DNA of 64,000 nucleotides from Cirrosporium novae-zelandiae (Eukaryota): NCBI GenBank assembly GCA_026023565.1, contig JAPETS010000034.1, positions 62,001 through 126,000 on the forward strand, written 5' to 3'. Shown here in pieces: positions 1-13,132 of the stretch (position 1 is the first letter of the stretch; each line of letters begins with the position of its first letter). The position numbers were made by a program, and so were the translations under genes. A model generated the notes under the pieces. It was not told the DNA's origin, did no database searches, and saw nothing but the letters and a program-made list of their open reading frames with translations.

Positions 1-2816
1 TTTTTTGCGGGTATGGATGTGGATACGTTGACTGCGGTTTGGGTGTACCAGTCGTACCAGGGGTCTGGACCCGGGAAGACACCCGAGACCGAGGTGGCGC
101 CCTGGGTTAGGACGGGAGTGACGAGGATGCTGGGACCGAGGAGGAACTGTCTATCTGCAGCGGCGAGGGAAGGGTCATTTGGAAATTCCCAGGCGAGGGC
201 GCGCAGGACCGTGGAGCCGGATGTGTGGGCCAGGTGGAAAAGTGTGTACATGTATGGTAGGAGGTGGAAGCGGATTCGCATTGCGGTTTTTGTGGCGGAG
301 ATGACCGAGGACCAGATGTAGGCTTCCTGGGGGATGGCGCCGAGGGTATTGTGGTTGCGGTAAAAGGGGAAGAAGGCGCTGAGTTGCATCCAGCGGGAGC
401 ATAATTCAGCGTCGGTGTTGTCGTTGAAGCCGCAGGCGTCCGGGCCGAACATGGGGATGCCGAAGAGGGAGAAGGAGAGCGCTTGCGGGATCGAGAAGTA
501 CATGTAGATCCATTTTGAGAAGTTGTCGCCGCCCCAGTGGCCCGCTTGTTTGCCGGTGCCCGCGAAGGTGGAGCGGCCAATTATGAAGGGACGTTTTGTG
601 GGAGAGATTTTTAGGAGGGCTTGGTAGGTTGCATTTAAGATTTGGTGGCCAAAGAGATTGTGGATATCGTATTCAACGGTGCCGTCGGCGTGCGTAGCGT
701 TGGGGGAGACGGCATGCACCGCGAGATCGCCTTTGACGTGGTTTAGGGTGTAGGGTGGGTAGTTTATATTTCTTACGCCGGGGGTGGGCGTTGTGCGGAG
801 GTACGAAGTTGATGTCAATGGCGCCGGGCTCGCTGTTCGTTGATATGAAGATGCTTGGGATGATGCTCCAGCTACGGCAGAAGCAGCCTCTGTAGAATTT
901 GTAATATTGAAGCCTTCGGGATAGTCGTAAACCATGTTTCCCTTTTCTCCTGGCAACGGACCTGGCTGGTGAACGGGATTCAATGATAGATTGTTGGACC
1001 CACAGCTGCCCACGCAGAATGAACTGACTTCACTCATGTCGATCCATGCTCCGTCAAATGAAATTTTGCTATACCAGTTGCTCATCTCAGAAATCCACCA
1101 GTCGACAGCGTGGGTGGCAGACCAGTCCGGAAAGACTGTGTATCCGGGCCAGACTTCTCCTATGTATAGGCTTCCATCAGGGTTGGTCATGAAGACCGAG
1201 GAGGCGTTGCCGCGATCAAAGGTACTATAATTATCGCTAGAGTTCGTGGGATTGGGTATATAGATCGCAGAGTCGATTATAGGGATATAATGACGACCGC
1301 TGGCGTGGAGGCGAGATAGAAATGCCTCCCCGGCGGTATAGTTGAAAGTGTTTGGGTCGTTATCGAAATCGCGATATTCCTTCATGTAGTCGATATCGGT
1401 CCTGCGGAGTAGGTTAGCTATTCGTCCCTTTCAGGTAAAGTATATTGGATATTATGTGGCACCAAATATTCTCGAGAGGAATGCCGAATTTCTCATAGTT
1501 ATCAACGACATCTTCCACCACAGACCAATTTTGATATCCCCATCTGCATTGGTGGAAACCAAACGTGAAATACTGCTGCATTGCAGGCAATCCAACAACA
1601 CCTGACTGGTATGCTTTCGTGACCTCATGCTGCGATGGGCCAGGGAAGAAGTACAGGTCGATACCACCACCCAGAGTTCTCCAGGTAATATTTTGTTGGC
1701 TAAGTAATATCTCTTGTCCATGTGCATTCCGAAGGAAAACACCATGAGAATGGGAGATATATTTATTAGAAGGGTTAATCTCATTGCTAGTAACGAGGGT
1801 CATGTTTCCGGTAGCATTGTCGACTTCATAATACCTGGTGTCAAGATAGAATGGGTGGCTGCCATAAATGTTGCTAGGAATTTTAGCAAAACATAGACGC
1901 AAGTGATAAAGATCTCAGTAACTTACTTGTCTATCCCATCCGCATCATCCGCAGCATACATTGTCCGAATAAAGTCATTACCCAGTCTCAATTCATGGAT
2001 AACTTCACCCAGTCCATAAATGTTATAATTTTCTGGCAGCTCGCTCACAAATTCAATGAACTGGTTCTCATATACCAATTTCGTCCCTTGAGTAGAAAAG
2101 AGGATATCTCCAGACGATGGGCGGATAATTGAGAAAGAAAAGGTTGGTGAATTTTTCCACCTAAAGTCAAGGTCTAGGCCAAGGCTAGTGACATTTGCAT
2201 CCGAGTCCACGGTAGGCTTATATACTAAGTTGGTTGGGAGTATATACTGTGAGGAGTTTGATCCATTGATATATGTAGGAACAATTTCCACGTGCAGCCG
2301 ATCCGCAGATTGATATTCAACAGTCAAATTCAGGTTCTCGATATCAGTTCCGTAGACATTGCACGGTTTTCCTGCTAAAGTGAGTGATGCCGTCAATCCG
2401 ACATGCGATTTTGTTATATTGGAAACAGCATAACCGGGGCAGACTGTTTGAGCATCAATAGCTTCAGGGTCATAGATGTTAGGTATGACTGGTTGGCCAA
2501 TGTCAGCACTTGTTGGAACTGTATATATCGGTCTGTAGCTTGTTGTTATAGAAGTAGAATTTTGGGCGGTTGTTGTGGAGAGCAGCGGAATCCAGATGAA
2601 GAACCCCAGAGGAAGAAGGTTTAGCCAAGGCATTGTTGGTGACCATAGATAGTCACCAATGTTGGAGTTTAAGTAGATTGGCAGGGATGATGATTGTCTC
2701 AGTTGAAATGATAGCCAACCAGCGCAAGCCAGAAAAGACGAAAGAATTAGGACGAGAGAAAGGAAAATAGCACAGGGGAGAAGTAAAGGACCCTTAGGAA
2801 GCAGAAGCGTAGCCAT
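1..2816 (-). CDS. Secreted GH31 alpha-glucosidase (AgdA-like), 3' end outside the window; introns at about 1926-1874 and 1462-1402
   Basis: GH31 motifs NIYGSHPFY, GFHQCRWGY, NIW|TDIDYM (across a splice), nucleophile motif WIDMSE (~1030-1047) and acid/base motif GHWGGDN (~520-542). Two candidate in-frame starts: 2816 and 2633 (the latter followed by a signal peptide). Confidence 0.93.
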
Positions 2817-4274
2817 AGCAGTACATGAACAATATAAGATAGCGGGGTAACGTTACTCATACAAACATCAAGGAAACAAGAAACCAAGGTGGATCGGTTG
2901 GAAAGGAAGCTCTCGAGACCCAAGAAATGTAGGTTGTGGGTGACGTTAATGTCACTCGTCCAAAGTACGTTTTATAAGGATTCAAGTAAACACAATTGAG
3001 GGTACTTCTGCAGTCGGACCGAATGATGATCAGCAAATGCAGAATGAGGTTGAAATGGAACTTGATCAATACATGCAATGAGTGAGATGGAGAGAGGCTC
3101 TAGCAAGGATGTAGGCACTAATTACATACTTAATTTATGAAATGAGATGGAAGCTTGAAGATGCAAGGAACAATTAAAGTATAATTAAAAGGACTTGGTA
3201 TCAAATGTGTCACTATTTTGCGGGGTAGGCAGGTAGGTTATTGATGATAAAAGCGATGGTGGTGGGTCACCGACGGCAAAGACGGGAATAGTCAAAGGAA
3301 TTGGTGCCGCGGCGATGTAAATGTACCTAGGTATTTACACTTTCACCTCTAACAGAACTGCAGTGTAACCTTGGACTCAAGTCATTTCTAACGAAACGAA
3401 ACATATCCCCTAGACAACCCCTAGCTAAGAAGTGCGATGTGGGGGGGTTTTCGGTGAGATTCTCTACAACTTTATCACGAGGGTCTTAATATAAGCCGGA
3501 CTCACATCTTTTTTTTTTTTACTATCATTTTTCCTGTAGAGGCTTTCAAATAAAATTAACTTTTATCTTCTAGGTTTATATCACCATTTTGATCCCCAAT
3601 ACAAATAGTGAAGATCCGAGTTTGTGGGCCCTGCTTATTTTGGGACCAGCGTGCCTATCTGTTGGGGATGGAATGATGTACCACGCACATCTGTACAAAG
3701 CGATTTCTGACGCGGCAATTTTCATTTCGATTCATTAATCACAGTGATTTCAAGACTCAACTAATCTATCCATCGTCCCTCCTCACAATGCCTATGTCTT
3801 CCCCTCACTCACCATACCCCTTCTCCCCCTACACCGCCAATAACTTCGCCGTATACACTATACCCATGAATCTTTTTCGGCTAACTATTACAGAAAGAAA
3901 AAGAAAAAAAAAGAAAAAAGAAAAGAAAAGGTATAAACACATGAAGGAGATGAATATACTCCAAATGACGCCTCCAACACCCCAATGCGTCGGTCACCAG
4001 GTCCAATGTTGCATGCCTGGTGCCTAGTAATGCTGGTGATAGAACCAAATGTCTCGCGCGGATGCGATAGAACACCCCCACAGAGATATCATGAACCCGA
4101 GTTCAAGGTCGAGGTCCAAGCAAAGCAACTAGCCAGAAGTCTCTGAAGAGTACAGATGTCATATCATCTTCTTAATGCTGCTATTGTTGCTGTATAATAG
4201 ACCGATCGATAGCGATAGTAGGGCTATGCCGGGTGAAGAAAAATATCGCACCTGGAAACGCGGACCTTGTATTA

Positions 4275-7200
4275 TTACTCGTCACTTGCTCGAGCCTTTC
4301 TCCGTCGAGAGAAGAAATCCATAACTCTCCTAGCAGCTCCAGAAGATCCCGAATGGTGACCGTGATGTTCATTTTCATATGCATCGGCAAATTTCCTGTT
4401 ATTTTTCTGAAGTACTCTTGAACTTCTATCTCCAGGACGATTTTGGGGTACTGGTAGGCGCGAGTGGTCTTCATAGCTGTTGAATCCATCTTCATGTATG
4501 GGGTTGAAAGATGAAGGGTTGGTGGCAGCCGTGCGTGACTTTGTTAAAGGTGGAGTCTCGCTTTGCAGATAGGAATGATCTGCGTAGCCAGTGGCATGGT
4601 CCATGGAATGATCATCATGTGGTTCACCATGATTAGGAACACCAAGCTGTCCTGACACAGGCTGCTCACTCCTATCGTGAGGATCTACTTCATGATTTTG
4701 TTGGATCTGACCGTCATAATGACCATCATATCCACGGCCAAGGCTGTCTTCGGAGCTGACACTAGGAGATTCACCTCTACCAAAAGCCATCTGCATTTTT
4801 TGGGGACCCCTACTTCCAGGAGGTTGTGGGAAATCTTTAGGATCAGCCATATCTTCGGACATATCTGTTTGTGACTCCTTAGAACCGCTAGCAAAACTTT
4901 TGAAAGAAAAGGAAGCAGGTAATATTGAGAATCGTCGAGGCCTTGATCCATCCTCCGCTTCACTTCTTTTCCTATGAATGCTAAACGACGGACGGCGGGA
5001 TTCTGACGATGGTCTTGGAGTAACACCAACGGGTAAAGGTTCTTTCATACTTGTTGGAGGATAACTCTTGCCAGGCTTTTGACGAGAGCCAGACCCTTGA
5101 GACTTCCCTCCGAACATGGATCCTGAGCGTCCAAATATCTTTTCGCCGATTCCCCCAATTGTATTTGACCGTTTGTGTCCACGCTTTTGGTCTTGTCCAG
5201 GAGGAGCTTGCACTGGTGCCTGTGCTGGTTCACTTGGAACTTGTCGGCTTCCTCTCCTACCGCTAGGGGGTTGTGGAAACATATGTTCATTTGGTGGAGA
5301 TTGGTTTTGTACGATGTATTGCTTGCTCGTTTTTGGCTGGGCGAGCCTTCCTTGTGCGTGTGCATTAGTCGCTTGAACGGTAGGAGCGACTGGCTGGCTG
5401 TACGATCCGCGCGATGGTAATCTAACATCTGCCACGGTAGTACCCCTGGTCACAGAACCTTGAGTGGTCGGTCTTGCACTAGGAAGTGGCGCTGTCTGGT
5501 TGAATCCAAATGCGTTTTGGGAGTCAGAAACCGATCTAGGAACTTCTCGAGCAGATCGAGTTGGTGGTGGCATATTTGGTTGTGGATGAGATTGTTTCTG
5601 CTGGTGAGGTAAGGGAATTCCACTAGATACTGGACGAGTCTGTTGCTTAGGAACCGGAGCTGGCTTGGGTTCTGGGGGTAATGGCTTCGAGTCAAGGGTA
5701 CCTTGACGCACAGCATTATGAGCTCCTCTAGACCTTGTTTTGGGTTGTGCTGAAGACGATGCCACTGGTGGTTGTGACGGCGTGCCACCGACATGTTCCC
5801 GCGCTGTTTGCGATTGAGGTGCGACATATTCAACTTGTACGGTCCTCCGCTTTGGATCTCTCTTGCTTTGTTTGTCGGATGGTTCCTCGTCCGCGACTTT
5901 ACCTTGTTGATGATTTAGTCCACCAACAGATGGTCTATTCGAAGGATGGGCGCGGGACGGTTCTCGGACAGAGGCGCTACGGTTAAGCAGGGGTGCTTCC
6001 TGTTGATCTTCTGTAGACTGTGTTAGACCCATCGAACTCTGATTCTCTAGACTTGCTAAATCATGATTTTTTTCATGCTTTTTGACAAGTCCCGAAGTCA
6101 GCATAGTATAGGAGGGTGTCATACCAGCTGTGACGGTCGTGTTTGCAATTTCCCCGACAGTAGTGGTGCTGCTTGTGATATGCGATACAACATGGGCATA
6201 ATCGCTCAGCCAACTATGTCTCGCTACCTCGAAAAGGTCGGCTCGTTTCCTTGGATCGGGGACCAAGATGCGCCGCAACAGATCCCTCGCATGGGGTGTC
6301 ACATATTCCGGGAATGTCAGAGGAGTCGAAACAATATACTTGTACAGAAGATTGATATTATCTCCCTCCGGGTTTGCGGGGTCGTCGTCAAAAGGAAGAT
6401 AGCCTGCAAGCATTGCATACTGCGGAATCGATCAGCCGAGGTCGTTGACGGAAAGACTAGGTAAGAATAGTAAAAAAGAGGGAGAAGCATACCAAAATTA
6501 CACCGCAACTCCAAACATCTACTTTTCTTCCAGTATACAACGAATCGCTTACAACCAGTTCTGGGGCTGCATAGCATGGACTTCCACAACTCGTCTGCAT
6601 TAAGTCCCCTCTGCGATGTCCATCCGGTTTTGGTCGCTCAAGGTCCATCTTCTTTACAAATTCTTTGTTGGTCAAGTTGTATTCGATCTCCTCACCAAGT
6701 TCATCATTGGGTTCAAAGGTATTCGCAAAACCAAAGTCAGTAATGATGATATTGCGGTTTCGATCGAGCAAAAGATTCTCTAATTTCAGGTCCCGGTGAA
6801 CGATTCCTTTTTTGTGGAGATATCCTACTCCTGAGACAAGTTGGGCAAAAAGACGACGGGCAGGGCCATCCTTCAAATATCGATGGTTTAGAATATAGTC
6901 GAATAACTCGCCACCAGATGCATACTCCAGTATGATACCAATATGTCTATCCGTCTCAACCATTTCATGTAGTCGCACAATGTTGGGATGAGATAGCGTT
7001 CGCAAAATCGAGATTTCCCTGTAAATCTTTGGTAAACGTCCGGGATTAGTACCCAAAGTATCCCGACGAATCAACTTGATAGCAACTTGTACGCTGCCAT
7101 CTAGTTTCCAGCCCAGCCGGACTTTGCCAAATTCACCTTCTCCCAATGTCTGACCAAGAATGTAATCGCCGAATTTAGTTTCCTTTCGCTTTGAATGTGA

Positions 7201-8025
7201 ATGATCTTGTCGACTCCTGCCACTTCCACGTGTACTATCGACAGTTATGGTGCCTGGAGGCGTTTCTGGGTCCTCTGCCGCACCTGCTTTGGCTTCGGCA
7301 AGTCTTTCCTTCTCACGATCTAAATCAACCTGTGGATCTGTGACAATCATGCGATTTATGACACTACTAGGTTCTCTTGACACCGGATTCGAACTAGCGG
7401 GGCTGAAATTTGTAGCAGACCTTGTGTTAGCATTTGAACCTTTGCGTCCATTTCCTTCTCTCGTGCTAGCTGATCTTTGAGGCTTATCGGGCGACGAGGT
7501 TGCTCCACGACGAGATCTTGCTGCGACGGCAGCTCGCGCGGCATCATCTTTTGACCTGTTCCAGGAATTTCCGCTGGCATAATCCGTTGTTGTCGGTCTT
7601 TGTGTCCGTTCTCTTCCATTGCTATGATGATTTGAAGATGTACGAGGAGGTGGTATCGGAGGACCAACAGGCTCTTGTCGGTTCGAGCGGGATCGGAAGG
7701 AGGGAGAAGCTGTTGCTGGATTCAAGGATGCCGGTGAGGCATGGGCGGACGGCGGTAACGGCACAGCACGTGGAGTACTCATTGAGTCCGACTCTATATC
7801 AGGTGGAGGGCCAAGTTGGCTTTGTGGTGTTCGGACCGTTGCCGAACCACCTCTTGTGTTTTGCCTTTGAGGTGTATGCTGATTCGATTGAACTTCTACA
7901 CCCGGTTCTCCAGCCTGAGATGAATTTGTATTGTAATGCCGGGGTGAGGACTGAGAGGCTTGATAAATTGCCGTGGCAGGATGTACGCGAGCGTGCTGTG
8001 GGACTGTTTGCATCGCAGCAGACAT
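4275..8025 (-). CDS. KIN4: Ser/Thr protein kinase, Kin4/Frk1-like (CAMK group); introns about 6492-6420 and 6124-6011
   Basis: [35 protein letters not shown], then [29 protein letters not shown], typical of fungal Kin4-like kinases. C-terminus [11 protein letters not shown]. Confidence 0.88.
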
Positions 8026-10590
8026 GTTGGGATTAATTGACGATATTGTTGTAAAGATTAAAGCTTGCTTGTGGGATTCATGCGCCTTGAATTATGCTCA
8101 CCGACAAAGATCCAAATGGACACAAAGATAGGCTAACAGGTGTTTGTAGGGATTGAAAACAAGTTCGGTGACGAATGAATCAAGCCAATGGGGGTATCTT
8201 GGAAGTCACGGAGCTCTCAAATATATCTTCAGCTCCTTCCTATTCAAAGGAGAGTTGCAACAAAGCTCTCCTAGAAGTTAATCGAAAAAGAAACACAAAG
8301 CTCGGCTATGTGAGATGGCCGAAAAGTTCGACGCGTTAGATATATGTTCGTTTCGAGTAAGGCGTTTCGAACGAGTAAAAAGTTGCAAGCAAGGTAAGCT
8401 CTTTGTATTCCGTTTGTAGAACGCGGTCGCAATTGAACAGCCGTTACTACTGAGGCAGCGTCTCCAAAGTGGCTCAATGGGTTTTCGAAAGAAGCGTCGC
8501 ATCAACCACAAAGCGAGTAAATTCTATGCGCAACATCCGAATGTTAGAAAATAATAACAGTTGAAGGGCCAAAAGAGTAATTGAAGAGTTGAGATACCTG
8601 TCAGTCTCCCTTCAACAACGGCTACAACGATCGGAGACCAGAAGAGCCGGCTGTCATCCTTTAGGGGGGACGTCGATGGAAGACGTCAAAATGCTGGGGG
8701 GGGGGGGGCAAAGGAGCTCAGGCGGTGGGGATAAGAAACAAAGCTGGAATGATTTGGGGGCGGGGAGGAGGTCGGACAGGAGGCAGGGTGGAAGGTGGGA
8801 AAGAATATGTCGGTGGAGGGTGACGCGCCTTGTCAAGATCAAGGCTTGGTTCAAGTTATTCGAGTTGAAGTTGTTCTAATTAACTTCTACTCTATGAAGT
8901 TGCTTCCTTTCGGTGCTTTCGGGCAAGTCTTGGGGCCAGAACCATAACACCAAAACAGAGTCCGTCAGCTTTAGCTGCCAGGAGGTCCAGTAAGTCAAGT
9001 TAGTGCCAGTAAGTTGCTTGGCAAATAAGCGAGAGTCTTTTCGGGTCAGGGATGGGAAGGGAACGGAAGGTATTGGACAGGGATCGGACAGGGATCAGGC
9101 CAGGATAACCTCTCAAGCCAACCCAAATTGACCCCCAAACTCTCCCAGTGACACCCAGCAACCAACCAAAGTTGGGCTTGCTTAAACAAAAAAAAAATCT
9201 AAATGAAAATAGGGGTGATGCCAGGTGAATCCAGTTGAAGCCAATGATGAGCAAACGAAATTGCCCTTGATGCGAATCTGATGATAACAATCTTTGAACC
9301 TGCTGATGATGCAAATGATGCAAATGATCAACCAAACAAATAAGAATAATATATATGCCCTACGCTACACACTACACCACATCACACTATTTACACTACA
9401 TGTGAACGCCTAAGGCCAGCTGACAGTCAGGTATCATTGGATAGGTACCACCTCGGTAGGTCATTAATTATCATATCTATATTTTCCCGTTATAACTTTG
9501 TATTTTCAACTCCCAAAAGCCTCGGCCTTTGGAACTGGATAAGCTGTGTCCACGTCTCTGCCTGTCTTTCTTCTTCATCTGCCATATTTCTAACAATATG
9601 AGCTTCGCTTGCTTCGACTAATCCACCCGCCAATAGTGACAACAAACAGTGTGCTGAGGGTTTCCCATGGAAGATCATCTCTAAACGCACATATCTCCAG
9701 ACCAATCTCTGCAATCATATTTGTCCGTTCAATCTTCTCCGCTGTTTAGCTAGACAGGGGTTACAATCGTACATTGCAGACCGACGTATCCTGGGGGGCG
9801 GGCCTGCTGCGTTGGCACCACCATGCTGGCTATTCAAACAAGGCTTTTTATCTTTTCAGCCCTGCTTGATGTCAGAATCTCCCAAACCGTTGACAGGTGA
9901 ACAGGTTGATTATCATGTTATAGTGCACTCACTAGTTAAACAATTGAGTTGTTGGTTGTTCGGCTCGATTGACTGAACTGTACCAAATTCAGGTTCGAGT
10001 TCCGATCATGTCCTACCAGTCAGGCACAGTTTAATAAGAAAGAAGCCAAAGTCTTGTAAGGGAAATTCTGTGTATTTGAAACCATGTTTCACCTTTGCCC
10101 GCCATGTTTCGGTGCAACGTTACCCAACTCTGTACCTGAAGATCCTGCCCCAAAAAAATACGACACACGAGCTTAACCTGTACCTTTTAACAATCAACAA
10201 TGCTCCTCGCTAATTAACTATTATTACAGCCTCTATCAACATCAAGATTCAAAATTAATATCTATTCTTGTTTGGTTCTAACTTTGCGCATGACTGTTTG
10301 GTGGTGCACTGATCGTACAGCAATCCACTTGTTTCCCCATCTTAACCACTTAATCTTGTATCTCGTTTAATTTTCTCATCCTCATCTCATCGCATTTTTT
10401 AGAATAGGAACGGGAAATCTCATTGGGTAATCCTAGCTACAAGACAATATCTATCTTTGATATGCAGATCCGCCCATCAAAAACAAACATATGCATACCA
10501 GACTCATAATTTCGTCAATTAACCCGCCTCTTAACCCGCCACTTAACCCTTGGCCCCCTCAACATGTTTAAGACACGACCAAAATGCTCC

Positions 10591-12220
10591 TCATGGCTTC
10601 CCCTTTCCATTATGTCCACGACCGTAAACAGGTTGTCCTTCCATAGATTCTCCCACCCCAGATCGGTAGGCAGGAGGTGGCGCCGCGTTGCCATATCCCA
10701 CTATGTCATCCCCTGATGGATTGGCTCCCGGAAGATAGTCATTGCTAACTGAGCCCTTGGCATCTTTCACTTTATGGGACGGATTCGAAGGTACTACGCC
10801 ACCATCGCCAGCCCCGACAACCAGTTCCTGACCATTAGGCATCTTGCCGACAACCATACCCTTTGCAACGGATTTGATAATCGCTTTCCGAGAAACCCCA
10901 GCGGCGTCGACGTACACCAGTCCAACATTTGTAACGCCACTAGTCAGATCGAAGGTTACCCGTCCTGCTTCTTCGCCGTAGCGATGTCCGACAACAGTGG
11001 TTGCTGCTGCAGACCCAGAAGAAAGTAGTTGCCGTGCGCTATGTTCGAGTCCATCAGTGATTGTAGAGAATGCCATCATTGACTTATTGAGAAGTCCTGG
11101 CTTGTACTTGGTTTCGATTGGTTTGCCGTCCTTGTCATACGCAACCTTCTTCTTTCTTTCTCCCCTTCCGACCATCGAGGCACCAAAGTTCTGGGCATAC
11201 TTCCCAATTTGTCCTACTGTCTTTGAGGATATCCCAGCTGCAGATTGAGTCATGGTACTTATTCTCCTAACTCGCGCATGTGTTGTCGGAGCGAACGTCA
11301 TAGGCTTTGGGTTTGGTTTAGTTTTGCGCGTAAAGGAATCTGCACCGCTTGTTAAAGCATTAGAGATGAATGTCGAACCAGTGACAATCAATCGGGAAGC
11401 TACTGCGGCGTTCTGTACAATGGTTGAATTTTTATAGGCTGGGTGACGAGCCATTTGAAGATATTCCTCGTCGGCATTCTGTACAGTGATTTGATTCCCT
11501 TGGCCTTCTTGGGGTAGTTGGATCTGAACGGGGTCTGCAGCTAGAATATTAGTACGTTGCCGCGAGATGGGAGTTGGAAGTTAGTTACATACTCTTAGAT
11601 CCTGGATGCACATTTTCTGTTTCTACGACATTGAACCCTTCGCTCAATTCTCCAACAACACTACCATCCTCTTCATTGATGAGGACTATCTGTCCCGCAT
11701 GTTCTTTTCCAAGACCAGTTCCTATATAGGCTTCTCCTGGCTGGAACTCCGCTGGATTGTAAGAAGGTGCACTTCCCTTTGCTGGAGGAGGCTGCGCGCG
11801 TTCCAGGAATGCGGTGCATTGGGCGAGGATAGTCTCAAATGTATCAACGTCTTCCTGTGTAACTTCCGTACCAAGAGATGGGAATTCAATCCGCGTAAAG
11901 GCACCACTTTCAGGACCCAAATCCCATCGGGGGATGAGGTAACTTCGTGGCGGTTGATGATAAATCTGAGTGGTCGCCGGTAAGGGCAAATCGAGTTCAG
12001 GGGGGAGATGGAGGTGGAGATAAAAATCTTCTTCAGGGGCATCGCTTTGTGGTTGAGTCGATGAGAGGTCGGCGAATGGAGAGGAAGTTGGGACCATCAA
12101 AAGTGAAAGCGTCTGTGGTCCAGATGGAGTGAGGGATGATTCTTCGCCATTCTGAATATGGTAAGCTTCAATTCCCTTGATACTGTAGAGGAGTCGCGGA
12201 TCATTATGTCCTGCAGACAT
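10591..12220 (-). CDS. Spartin/senescence-domain protein; intron about 11592-11535
   Basis: The two ORFs join via GTATG...CAG. The C-terminal amphipathic region (AFSTITDGLEHSARQLL...VVGHRYGEEAG) resembles the senescence domain. A PPAY motif lies near the C-terminus. Confidence 0.8.
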
Positions 12221-13132
12221 ATTTAAAGAGATGGCCGAAGCTTATCAAAATACTCAAGATAGAAGAAGTGGATATTAATTATGAGGAAGACTGAAGTTGA
12301 AATTGGTATCTTTCGGTTTTTAGAATAAGAAGAGGTAGTAGACACGTAACCATTGATATGTATAAATACAGTGAATAAAAGAAAAGAGATTGTACGCAAG
12401 CTGGGTTAATTCATTAACAGCTTAAGCGCGAAGCCAAGTCTCATCAACATCTTCAAGTTCCAACACAACAAGTTTCGTCTTGGCCGACTAATTAAAGAGC
12501 CCCTCACCTCTCTCACGTCATTATCTGTGGCGATGTATTGTGGCGGTGCAAGAAGGGTGTGCCACAAACTACTGGAGTTAGATGCCACAGTAAATGTGGC
12601 TGAATTGGCAGCAATGCAATTAAAATCCAGAACTTTCACATGTCAGGAACTTAAACAATTAAATAATACTCTTCCACGTCTCCTTATCAAAGGGATAATT
12701 ATACTTTGTAGGGCATTTATATTTTTCAAGGTATCTCATCTCCAGCATGAAACTAAAAATCGAACTCACCATAACCCCGTAATTTTACCCACTTTGGTGC
12801 AAGAACCTGTAGAGGCTCAAGGATCTTTCACATTCAGTTACTGCATTCGGACGAGTTTGGTATTTACAAATTATGTAATTACTATGCTGACTGTGGGGGA
12901 TAAGTGGATAAGGTTTACCGAGGTCTGGGGAAGGAGTTCGGTTGAGCGAATGCCTGTCGTAGGACAAGATTATCCTTCTACTCTTCTCAGCTTCTCATCC
13001 TCTTGGCCTTTTCTTCTTCTCTCTAAAGCATTTCTTTCTCCTTAACACTCATTACAATTTATAGACATTTCAGCCAAGAGCAATCTCTTAATCAATATTC
13101 CAAAACAATCATCAAACTAAACAGTCCCCGCA

